NCBI GenBank assembly: GCA_048886185.1
Contig: JBHLKY010000002.1
Span: 1-32,000 of the forward strand
From: Candidatus Hermodarchaeota archaeon
Lineage (GTDB): Archaea > Asgardarchaeota > Heimdallarchaeia > Hodarchaeales > Hodarchaeaceae
Length of the DNA: 32,000 nt
Direction: 5' to 3'
A program made the translations under genes and the position numbers. Below, piece by piece: positions 10,201 through 17,450 of the stretch; the first letter of the stretch is position 1, and each line of letters opens with the position of its first letter. Below the pieces are notes generated by a model that saw only the letters and a program-made list of their open reading frames with translations, was not told the origin of the DNA and did not search any database.

Positions 10201-10266
10201 ATATCTAAGAAGTTGAGAAGAGGGTTTCAAGGAATCTGTTTCTTCATCTTGGGATGGCATATTCAT
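7207..10266 (-). CDS. Large GT-C fold glycosyltransferase (ArnT/PMT_2 family)
   Basis: 1019 aa, many TM helices; first-loop DMWDEGWFSAIASRM (DE motif), FFDKPPFTFW, SRTAYIDSFVVF, NILTKAWQG, and a late YYYIPLAIP motif. Confidence 0.85.
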   Translation of the reverse strand: MNMPSQDEETDSLKPSSQLLRYLEKIWSIITKFRFIIIIALLAFWVKVAFTHSIDMWDEGWFSAIASRMAFGPPPSDPWLPLYYPAEGGDIKFFDKPPFTFWVGAFLMLIFGRTTIAVKGVVILGGSGLALVVYFLYNHQIENRSAAVVAGLLVALAHFLTFYSRTAYIDSFVVFMSAVVMLFGIRAVDAIFVENNLRKGYFLLIVTFILNIFNILTKAWQGILTYPAIAIYLTIRYLERHMNLDDLRTIWSEICTRFTVSSKDMEAYQLIQSKYFKEGIPFPYIVGLVAGGASFLGAFFSGQLLVSSIILAVVAAIGCYIVFLRASFEQKSQLRSDGLITAVVTGYLAGFAGNLVVKVFYGRLESSAILFAEALGDEDVLSGFFSGLEEIFSNEILALLTLEIIAALFGLILTFGIVFFFSGVLLDLFNRKSIFLKVIYEGLDLIPLVIIGIWLAYWFAAILLVGQFFDRDALLITQFGVIITLILIPLVTAYPTLKNRITKYFKLGAYLRSTEEVSAFASHLLFLSVAIILIIISFYPFVYWVQYLDANIANGTFPWIVRTPGELSRDPERPDPVTYTFLFFTYYIGWRYSHATNSGDLARSVGSAINDYALIVMLPFFIVGVIAFFFSSKRNPALGSALLAWLITIPFIFFPAQFQLNYYYIPLAIPYLAIAAKGIEYIYSSERWRITVVDNVERFLAGFIFYLEIGYTYLILPFIDFVDTPISLLSGSTSLSHFLEDLDSLGFYLFVAVIYLVPFTIIAFYYLKTFPGVITTGFAYKFFIDSWFKANGLKTLYDVLFHDLLETIFSLDLGWILDVVEHGAPIATLIGVVLLILGLYWLKPQVKPQALIILGLTLSAMLINASVLVHINQIFDVRYQEMAIYIKNHGGDYNFSTWVIPDAGSQFAMRYYLGYEVEDREWRNRFYHIPFSEDDPAKMDAYYEARPHIKFWLVVNNSKHHDVPPYAINYTESYRWLTTHEHLVCVDDIVGLTSWWKIHLFVNRTWITEQNYDWTKLSG

Positions 10267-10373
10267 CTATTCCTCCCTTAAGAAAGAGATATTTAAGTTA
10301 GTTCCTAGCTCACTGCAGTGTACTTACGAGGTGTTTTTATTCACTAGATTCTGTTAAAAAATATTCAGAGAAT

Positions 10374-10796
10374 TTGGTGAAATTAATGCGTTTCTGGGTT
10401 TATATGCTCTTTGTTGGGAAAAAAATCCAAGGAAATAAGAGAAGAATCTACACTGGATTTACTAGTCGCTTAATGTCACGAATAGCACAGCATAGTGGAC
10501 TAGCTTCTACAAAGGGATCCCGAACTACCCGAAGGCAACGGATAGAACTTGTTTATTTGGAGTTATTTCCATCACGAAAAAAGGCGATGCAACGAGAGTG
10601 GCAACTCAAACATGAAAACCCATTCAATCAGAAAGAACATAAACTAACCCTTATTCAAGAATTCCAATTAAATTATGGAGAGCTTTTACAGGAATTAAAC
10701 ACTAAACTCGATAAACACTATGAATTTCTTATAGACATTGGTAAGACAATGCAGAGAGTCGAAAGAAGGCTTATTAGCGAGATAAGAAATAAATAA
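10374..10796 (+). CDS. GIY-YIG nuclease (UPF0213/YhbQ, SLX1-like)
   Basis: WVYML...IYTGFTSRLMSRIAQH...GSRTTR...LVYLELFPSRKKAMQREWQLK matches the family pattern including the conserved Arg and Glu; C-terminal helical extension. Confidence 0.85.
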   Translation: MVKLMRFWVYMLFVGKKIQGNKRRIYTGFTSRLMSRIAQHSGLASTKGSRTTRRQRIELVYLELFPSRKKAMQREWQLKHENPFNQKEHKLTLIQEFQLNYGELLQELNTKLDKHYEFLIDIGKTMQRVERRLISEIRNK

Positions 10797-10889
10797 TCCT
10801 ATTTGAGTCGAATAAATTCAAGTATTAATAAAATTCATTATCTGAGTATAATCCGAATATAATAGCAAGTTTGGAAGTGAAAGGAATCA

Positions 10890-12356
10890 ATGTTATATGA
10901 ACTCCTATTATTTTTTATATTGATTATTCCAATTATCCTTGTAGCACGTTATTTAGAAGCAATACCAAGCTTAGTATTTTGGTATTATGCGAGAAATATT
11001 TCGAATGAAGGTTTTGCTTCAAAAACTCTCGATGATCTTGGATTAGCTGCTGAATACATAGATATCCCATCGGAAGACGCACCACTAAGCGCTTTATTCT
11101 TTACTAGTGAGGTAACTTCAGAAACAGGTATTTTAATGATACCAAATTGGTTTAAAAAGGAAGACCTTGAAAATAACCTTAAAACTGCTGGTATTTTACA
11201 AACTGTAGGGTATAATGTGTTACTACCGATTTATCATTGGAACCTGAACGATAAAAATGAATTCACACTAAATAAGAAAACTGTGTCCCCTAAACAGTAC
11301 CAAAAAGTAATTAGTAGAGCTTATGACTACTTTCTCAACCGGCCAGAGATTGACCGAAGAAATATTGGGATTTGGAGTAATTCCTTTGGTACAATACTAG
11401 CTTGTCAGCTAATCAAGGATCAGCCTATAAAAGCTGTTGTATTAGAAGATGGCCCTGTATCCCTTCTGGATAGCATTTCAGCTAGGATACATGAACAAGG
11501 GCCCTTTATATCCCACCTAATGAAATTTATTCTATTTACTCTGTTGATTCCATTTTTATGGAGAACTAGATGGGAAAGCCAACGAGTCATCAAAAATATA
11601 CGAACCTGTCCTTGTTTTCTCATTGCTATAAGAGAGGATCCCGGAAAAAAATTATTCAGAACGTTTTCCAAGCTCCACAAACCTCGTCAGTTGTGGTTGG
11701 AGCACGCTATTGATCCAAAAGACATCCGTGGTACTTGGCCTCAGGAATATTCTCAGCTTATTCACACCTTTTATGATCGATTTTTGCTTGATATACCTGA
11801 AAATCCTCCTGAGTTTCACTCGGAATTTTCAATTAAAAAAAAGAAGAAAGGATTGTGGCCAGTAGAAATGCGAATATCTGCTGTACCCCCTCAACTAGAA
11901 AATATCCCATTGCAAATCATTCTCTCAAATGATACTCATGTCAGCGAATTCCGTATTTGGTTTAGTGGAGCACTAGCGACTATATCTCACTTCATAAAAT
12001 ATAAACCAAACAACATTTCCGTCATTCAATACACGAATGTGGAACCGAACGATCATCCTCGTCATCAATGGCTCAAACGAGATGCTAAGAAAGCATTATT
12101 TACAATAATTGAGAAATTATTTCAGGAATCTCCTGAAAAGCTAGATAAACAAATAAATCGTTATTTCTACCTTAAAGGAATACTTTTAAACGAATACGGA
12201 CGTAAAGAAGAAGCTAAAGAAACCTTCCGGACCTCAATAAGTTCAAAGTATTGGAAAACAAGAATTACTAAAGATTCAGACGCAGAAATTATCATTCAAA
12301 ATGAACTAGATACACCTCTCATCTCTTTGGTTGATACAACTTTCTTAACAAGATAA
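10890..12356 (+). CDS. Membrane-anchored alpha/beta-hydrolase-fold protein with C-terminal extension
   Basis: N-terminal TM; GILMIPNW, VGYNVLL, IGIWSNSFGTILA (nucleophile elbow S-x-S-x-G), IKAVVLEDG, PCFLIAIRED. Confidence 0.7.
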   Translation: MLYELLLFFILIIPIILVARYLEAIPSLVFWYYARNISNEGFASKTLDDLGLAAEYIDIPSEDAPLSALFFTSEVTSETGILMIPNWFKKEDLENNLKTAGILQTVGYNVLLPIYHWNLNDKNEFTLNKKTVSPKQYQKVISRAYDYFLNRPEIDRRNIGIWSNSFGTILACQLIKDQPIKAVVLEDGPVSLLDSISARIHEQGPFISHLMKFILFTLLIPFLWRTRWESQRVIKNIRTCPCFLIAIREDPGKKLFRTFSKLHKPRQLWLEHAIDPKDIRGTWPQEYSQLIHTFYDRFLLDIPENPPEFHSEFSIKKKKKGLWPVEMRISAVPPQLENIPLQIILSNDTHVSEFRIWFSGALATISHFIKYKPNNISVIQYTNVEPNDHPRHQWLKRDAKKALFTIIEKLFQESPEKLDKQINRYFYLKGILLNEYGRKEEAKETFRTSISSKYWKTRITKDSDAEIIIQNELDTPLISLVDTTFLTR

Positions 12357-12493
12357 TACCACTATAGCAAGTTACCTGTTCTAGATAGCTTTTCTCGTGT
12401 TGATTACTTTGCTACTGAGGGAATAGGGCGACTAGAGAATTCTGGTAAAATATCCTGATTTTAAATATATAACGAAGCATCTGATATCTATTA

Positions 12494-12964
12494 ATGAGAG
12501 AAGCTGATATCATGATATTCAATTTTATACAGGATCCTGAATCCATTTTATATGAGAACTTGTTCTTTTGGTTAACAGTAGGGAAATATGATACAATTCT
12601 AGAGGGTGATTTGGAAGGTTATCACTATGAGGAATTCATAATTGTGAAAGATGAATGGAAGGAGAGAATTCTGTATCTGGAAAATATCGTTCCAATTCAA
12701 ACTCAAAGATTTCTTAGAGAACTAGGATCGATAAACGCGAGAAAAATCTTTCATAACAGTCACTTCAAGATATACTTCGTTATATATACCGTCGTTGGAA
12801 GATTAATCGGATTAGGACTTAGAATAATAACGCGTAATAATTTTTACGACTTGGCCTCAACCCCTGAAGACAGACTTCAAAAATCTATGTACCTCCTTAC
12901 CCGAGGCCTCTTAAGATCATTTTATCACCGAATTGACCAGATCGAATGTTCAATTCCCGCATAG
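12494..12964 (+). CDS. Hypothetical protein
   Basis: 156-aa ORF, ATG start, ending 12 nt before the Cas4-like gene; no motif recognised. Confidence 0.7.
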   Translation: MREADIMIFNFIQDPESILYENLFFWLTVGKYDTILEGDLEGYHYEEFIIVKDEWKERILYLENIVPIQTQRFLRELGSINARKIFHNSHFKIYFVIYTVVGRLIGLGLRIITRNNFYDLASTPEDRLQKSMYLLTRGLLRSFYHRIDQIECSIPA

Positions 12965-12976
12965 GAACATAATTAA

Positions 12977-13741
12977 ATGAGAAGTATCTCACCCTCCCTA
13001 ATAAAGGAATTCATGTTTTGTCCTCAAGCCTTTTTGTATCGAAAGGTACATAGATTAAGCCTAATCCCTCCAATGGAGATTAATGAAATCATTCTGGCTC
13101 AAGAAAGAGTGGATAGGATTACAGAAGCTTTTTTTTCTATTTTAAAAACTCATTGGTATAGAAGAAATGACCTGAAAACCCAATTCAACTTGAATTCCTT
13201 TTTCGATTCAATGTTCTCGTTTTTTTTAAAATATAATACTCAAGATGAAGTTTTAACCTATCAGGAACTTGGTGAAAAAGTTTTTACACTATTATCATGG
13301 CTAGTTCAATATTTATGGACAATAAATGTTCTTAATGATAAAATCCCCCAGTTCCTCCCTATCATGGTTAACCATTTTATTCAAGCACCTAGCATATATT
13401 TACAAGGACGACCATCTGCAGTATTCAAAATTCCTAAGGATTCTGTCCTTATTCTGATTCAAACGTATAGCAGAGAACTTCCACATACGAGGGATCAAGA
13501 ACTCCTCCAAGCCTCTATTTATGCCCGAATTTTGGAAACGATGGGCTTAAAAGCCCAAAACTTTCTTTATATTAATTATTGTACAATGAGTCTGGTATTT
13601 CAAGAATTAAAACATGTTGATTTTCTAAAAATGGAGATTTCTCTTAGTAAATTTCGATCAAATTTAGATGAAGGCAATTTTGATCCCCCAAACAATCCAC
13701 CATGTGACATATGTGAATTTAATTGTTTGTGTGACCGTTAG
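12977..13741 (+). CDS. PD-(D/E)XK superfamily Cas4/AddB-like protein, apparently catalytically degenerate
   Basis: ISPSLIKEFMFCPQAF (C15), LQASIYA (Q-x-x-x-Y motif), C243-x2-C246-x5-C252. Catalytic region reads LQGRPSAVF...LILIQTY in place of GxxD...D/ExK. Confidence 0.8.
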   Translation: MRSISPSLIKEFMFCPQAFLYRKVHRLSLIPPMEINEIILAQERVDRITEAFFSILKTHWYRRNDLKTQFNLNSFFDSMFSFFLKYNTQDEVLTYQELGEKVFTLLSWLVQYLWTINVLNDKIPQFLPIMVNHFIQAPSIYLQGRPSAVFKIPKDSVLILIQTYSRELPHTRDQELLQASIYARILETMGLKAQNFLYINYCTMSLVFQELKHVDFLKMEISLSKFRSNLDEGNFDPPNNPPCDICEFNCLCDR

Positions 13742-13877
13742 GAGAAAAAAGCAATATAACTCTCTTCACTCTCTCTTTTTAATTCTACAGAATTATGTCT
13801 AAAGATCACAAAGCAATATATTCAGAGAATCGTAAAGATGTTTTTTCTAAATGATGAAATAAATACTAATTAACAGC

Positions 13878-14585
13878 TTGGAGATTTTTATGAAGAAAAT
13901 GTGGGCTAAAATAATAATTTTAGGGGGAATATTGATGCTTGCTACTATTGGTTTCAGTCAAGGTGGTAGCAATCATGAGAAAAACTCATCATTAACTAAA
14001 TCATTGCAATTTTCTGATGTTAGGGCTTTGGATTTCACAATTCAAATGATTAATGAAACTGAAATTTATATGAGCGAATTATATGGAGATATAATTCTTT
14101 TAGATTTTATGGCAACATATTGTCTGAATTGTTTGATACAAATTGACATTCTACGATCAATTTACCAAAGGTTTGAAAGAATTTTAATTGTAACAGTATC
14201 AGTTTCACAAGCAGATTCAATCGAAATATTAAATCAGTATGCACAAGATTATGAAATTTCATGGATTATAGGACGAGATTTATATCAAGAAGCAGTAAGT
14301 GTATTCAATGTGACCATTATCCCAACTGTTGTTTTAATCAATCAACATGGAATAATTCAATATTATAACAAAGGAGTTGTATTGGAACCTCAATTAGAAG
14401 ATTGGATCATGAGTATAGGTGATTCTAGTTCTGTAACAAAAGTTTTTGATACAACTGTTGATTCTGATTTAACCTCATCAGTCTCCATTCCTCAAACATC
14501 TCCGAGTTTCACATTATTAATGACTGCAGCCTTTTTACACATAATGATTTTTATTCATCATATTCATCAAAAGAAAAATTACTAG
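13878..14585 (+). CDS. TlpA/ResA-like thioredoxin-fold protein, membrane anchored
   Basis: ILLDFMATYCLNC (CxxC), IVTVSVS, VFNVTIIPTVVLINQHGII; N-terminal signal/TM, Ser/Thr linker and C-terminal hydrophobic tail. ATG 13890 (GGAG SD) is the likelier start. Confidence 0.85.
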   Translation: MEIFMKKMWAKIIILGGILMLATIGFSQGGSNHEKNSSLTKSLQFSDVRALDFTIQMINETEIYMSELYGDIILLDFMATYCLNCLIQIDILRSIYQRFERILIVTVSVSQADSIEILNQYAQDYEISWIIGRDLYQEAVSVFNVTIIPTVVLINQHGIIQYYNKGVVLEPQLEDWIMSIGDSSSVTKVFDTTVDSDLTSSVSIPQTSPSFTLLMTAAFLHIMIFIHHIHQKKNY

Positions 14586-14595
14586 AATAGATTGT

Positions 14596-15348
14596 TTAAT
14601 ATTTTGATCTATTCTTATTGAATTTATGAGGTATAAGTACAAAATTGGAATATACAGCGATTTCCTGAAAAATTCTGAGCTCTAAACAATGTGTTTGGTC
14701 AATTTTTCGTATTAATATTTCAATGGGAGCAAATTGCTCTACTAGATACCCACCATGCTGATTTAATGAAGAAAAAGGGTTAAAATTTTCTCCAGGATAT
14801 ATTAAATGATTAGTCATTAGTATTGGAATGTTATTTTTCATAGCTAGTTGACTTAAATCATGGAGGTGGAAAAAAATCCTTTTTTCCCAGGGTCTTGCAT
14901 TTTTATAGAAATATTGCAAAGCATGTAAAGGAGACCCAAAAAGGGAATCCAATATTATTAAATCATATGGACACCTCGAGTTTTCCAGTAACTTACGAAA
15001 AAAGACGATCTGTTCAAATAAATTTGTTGGTTGGATAATTATAACCTGTTGGAGTAAAGAAGGATTTGGAAAGAGTTTTCGTAAATTAGAAATTCTGAGA
15101 TTTCCGCAGAAATCACTGAATAGAATTTTGGCGTCAGACTTTCCCTTAAAAAGACTATCGATAGCGCGAATACAGAACCAGGTCTTACCTACTCCTGAAT
15201 AACCAATTATATTGTGAATATAGCAAGGAAGAAGGCCTCCAATAACATCATCAATTTCCTGTATGTTAAGAGGGATAGCAGATTGTTTATTCCACCTTGC
15301 AAGTATATCTCTAAAGGGAATTGGTTGAAGGAAACTCAATTTTCTCAC
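14596..15348 (-). CDS. RadB/Rad51-paralog-like RecA-family ATPase
   Basis: IPLNIQEIDDVIGGLL...NIIGYSGVGKT (Walker A), YDLIILDSL (Walker B), PILMTNH; no N-terminal HhH domain. GTG start overlaps the upstream TGA (GTGA). Confidence 0.8.
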   Translation of the reverse strand: MRKLSFLQPIPFRDILARWNKQSAIPLNIQEIDDVIGGLLPCYIHNIIGYSGVGKTWFCIRAIDSLFKGKSDAKILFSDFCGNLRISNLRKLFPNPSLLQQVIIIQPTNLFEQIVFFRKLLENSRCPYDLIILDSLFGSPLHALQYFYKNARPWEKRIFFHLHDLSQLAMKNNIPILMTNHLIYPGENFNPFSSLNQHGGYLVEQFAPIEILIRKIDQTHCLELRIFQEIAVYSNFVLIPHKFNKNRSKY

Positions 15349-15782
15349 TCCACTTTAATTAACTTAATTTTAGTTCTTGGAAGTATTAACTTATCCATAA
15401 GCATAATAACGTTGATATATCTACAAAACTCACGAATTTGTATCTGAAAATCATGGTATAAGTTAAAATAATTGGGAATATGAATGATAACTGTAGAAAA
15501 TCCATTTTGGGCAACGAAATACAGCTCATTGGATCTAATCAGCTGTTCTATTATATCAATGCGGGGAAATTCAAGGAAAAATAATTGATCCAATATGTAT
15601 GAGTAATCTCGTAAATTCCTTATAAGAGTAAGAATTGGTATAACACAATAATCTATCCAAATTATTTTTGGTATTAAAAGCGTGATATTTTCATCACTCA
15701 AAAGACGTTTAACCACTTCAAGATAGTTTCCTATAAAAACAATAGGTTTTCTCTTTATTGAATGGGAAATCAAAGTCAACAC
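15345..15782 (-). CDS. Hypothetical protein, possibly a degenerate RecA-fold core
   Basis: 145 aa within the operon; strand pattern PIVFIG / KIIWID / ILDQLFFLE / FSTVIIH parallels the RecA core but has no GKT. Confidence 0.6.
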   Translation of the reverse strand: MLTLISHSIKRKPIVFIGNYLEVVKRLLSDENITLLIPKIIWIDYCVIPILTLIRNLRDYSYILDQLFFLEFPRIDIIEQLIRSNELYFVAQNGFSTVIIHIPNYFNLYHDFQIQIREFCRYINVIMLMDKLILPRTKIKLIKVE

Positions 15783-15792
15783 TCATTGCTAT

Positions 15793-16851
15793 TCATAATT
15801 TTGTCTGTTTTTTTGGATCAAGAATTGTCTGTTCTCTTTCGGTCAAATGTTCCCTATAAATCATGTAATATGGTACGCCAAAAAAACCAATTAAGAGAAG
15901 AGGAATCATTAATACTCCAGGAACAGGATGTGATCCTAATATATCACCGAACGGGTAAGTTGATCGAGATTGATAGATACCAACAACAGAAATAGATAAC
16001 ACGATTCGTGTTGTTTCACTCAAGCTTTCATAATCAGGAGAAATTAATAAAAAAAGAGGTTCTTTATCAGTTTTTGTCAAAGATGAATTGAAACGAATTG
16101 AATGACTCCCTTTACTCACAGAAAGGGTCTGATCATCTACTTTTAAGTAGTTAACACCTATTGGCTGCATTCTAATTGAAATTGTACATAATAGCTGCAT
16201 TTGGGGGGGCATATGAACAAAGAGAATTAGAGAAGCTAATAAGTCCTTCTCTAAGAAAGAGTATTTTACAGGTTGAATCTGGTACAAATGATCTGCATTA
16301 TATAATAGTTGACTTTCCCACGGTTCACCTAGGTCAAGAAGTATTAAACGAGCTTCTTGAACATAGAAATCAACGAGTGGGTCTCTCCATGATACATCAT
16401 GATCTAATTGAAGAAGGATTTCTAACTGAATCTCAGTTTGACCAGTATAGTTCAAAATTATACTAAGTATTTGAGGAAGTTCAAATTGATAAGAATAGGC
16501 TTGAATTAATCCTACTTGTTCAGATTTCCTAAATGTAGCCTGTACAGGGGCTCCATTTGTTTTCACATTAAGTGAAATACTGTCGAGCTGATCCCCAAAA
16601 TTCTGAACACTCATATTCAGTAAAATTCGATCCCAAACTCGGGATAAAACAAGGTTTCGTTTAAAAGAAGTTTCCACCTCGGTTATAGTTCGGGATATCC
16701 CGAGATTTATTGACTCTGAAACAATCGAGGTATTGTTAGGAATTTGAGATTTTGCAATAGGGACCGAAAGGATTTCATCACTATAAATACTCATTAATAA
16801 GATGAAAATCAGTAAAACAAAGGTTTTATTCATTCGACTGAGATTAACCAA
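15793..16851 (-). CDS. Secreted, C-terminally membrane-anchored protein of unknown function
   Basis: 352 aa (TTG 16851; ATG 16833 alternative); signal peptide KTFVLLIFILLMSI, beta-rich body, C-terminal TM PGVLMIPLLLIGFFGVPYYMIY and a short charged tail. Confidence 0.8.
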   Translation of the reverse strand: MVNLSRMNKTFVLLIFILLMSIYSDEILSVPIAKSQIPNNTSIVSESINLGISRTITEVETSFKRNLVLSRVWDRILLNMSVQNFGDQLDSISLNVKTNGAPVQATFRKSEQVGLIQAYSYQFELPQILSIILNYTGQTEIQLEILLQLDHDVSWRDPLVDFYVQEARLILLDLGEPWESQLLYNADHLYQIQPVKYSFLEKDLLASLILFVHMPPQMQLLCTISIRMQPIGVNYLKVDDQTLSVSKGSHSIRFNSSLTKTDKEPLFLLISPDYESLSETTRIVLSISVVGIYQSRSTYPFGDILGSHPVPGVLMIPLLLIGFFGVPYYMIYREHLTEREQTILDPKKQTKL

Positions 16852-17440
16852 AAAGAGTCACCTCGGAGATAACTTGAAAATGGTTAAGAATTAAATTGGC
16901 AATATTCAATGACAGCAGAAACAATCCAAGATGTGAACACCTATCATTAGCTTTTAAGTTGTTAAACGGAATTCTAGCTAATCTAAAGGTTTTAGAATTA
17001 GTGAGTTGACGCCAAGAATAATGCTTGACGGGGTGGGGTAAATAAACAGGAGTTTTTCCTAAAGGTATCCCCTCAGGATTCAAAGCATCCAAGAAAAGAT
17101 GTGAAGACCATCCTATTGTGATATTTAAGAAAATTATAAGGATCACAGGTTCAGAGACTTCCTCCACAATGTAGAAAATTGGTACAAAATAACCAAGAGT
17201 CCAAGGAGAATGGGTTAACGGATGACGATATTGAATGGTACCTCCATATGTGAAATGTACTCTTTCATACTGCCAATTTGTAGTAATATAAGTGTCTAAA
17301 ATGTTGGGAATAATACTAATCCCACTTAAAGGGATGGATAAAACAAACGAAAGCCATGCAAGAAGTGGGTTTGTAATAAAAATTAATATGTAAAGATTAT
17401 ATACACCAACAGCAAAGAAGTAGTGAGTATTATTTTTCAG
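16844..17440 (-). CDS. YdjM/DUF457-like membrane metal-dependent hydrolase
   Basis: Frame is open 91 codons upstream of the track's GTG (17167) to CTG 17440. 198-aa product has N-terminal TH, IPNILD, RHPLTHS and SHLFLDALNPEGIPL, the family's His/Asp motifs. Confidence 0.8.
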   Translation of the reverse strand: MKNNTHYFFAVGVYNLYILIFITNPLLAWLSFVLSIPLSGISIIPNILDTYITTNWQYERVHFTYGGTIQYRHPLTHSPWTLGYFVPIFYIVEEVSEPVILIIFLNITIGWSSHLFLDALNPEGIPLGKTPVYLPHPVKHYSWRQLTNSKTFRLARIPFNNLKANDRCSHLGLFLLSLNIANLILNHFQVISEVTLFG

Positions 17441-17450
17441 AATCTCAACC

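Noticed and set aside
10311-10320. Perfect palindrome CACTGCAGTG between divergent genes
   Set aside because: A single 10-bp palindrome with no second copy noticed; plausible by chance in 32 kb.
12977-13741. CRISPR-Cas locus implied by the Cas4-like gene
   Set aside because: No cas1/cas2 or other cas genes and no repeat-spacer array seen in the window.
13748-13820. Direct repeat AAAGCAATATA twice, 62 nt apart
   Set aside because: Short, AT-rich and only two copies.
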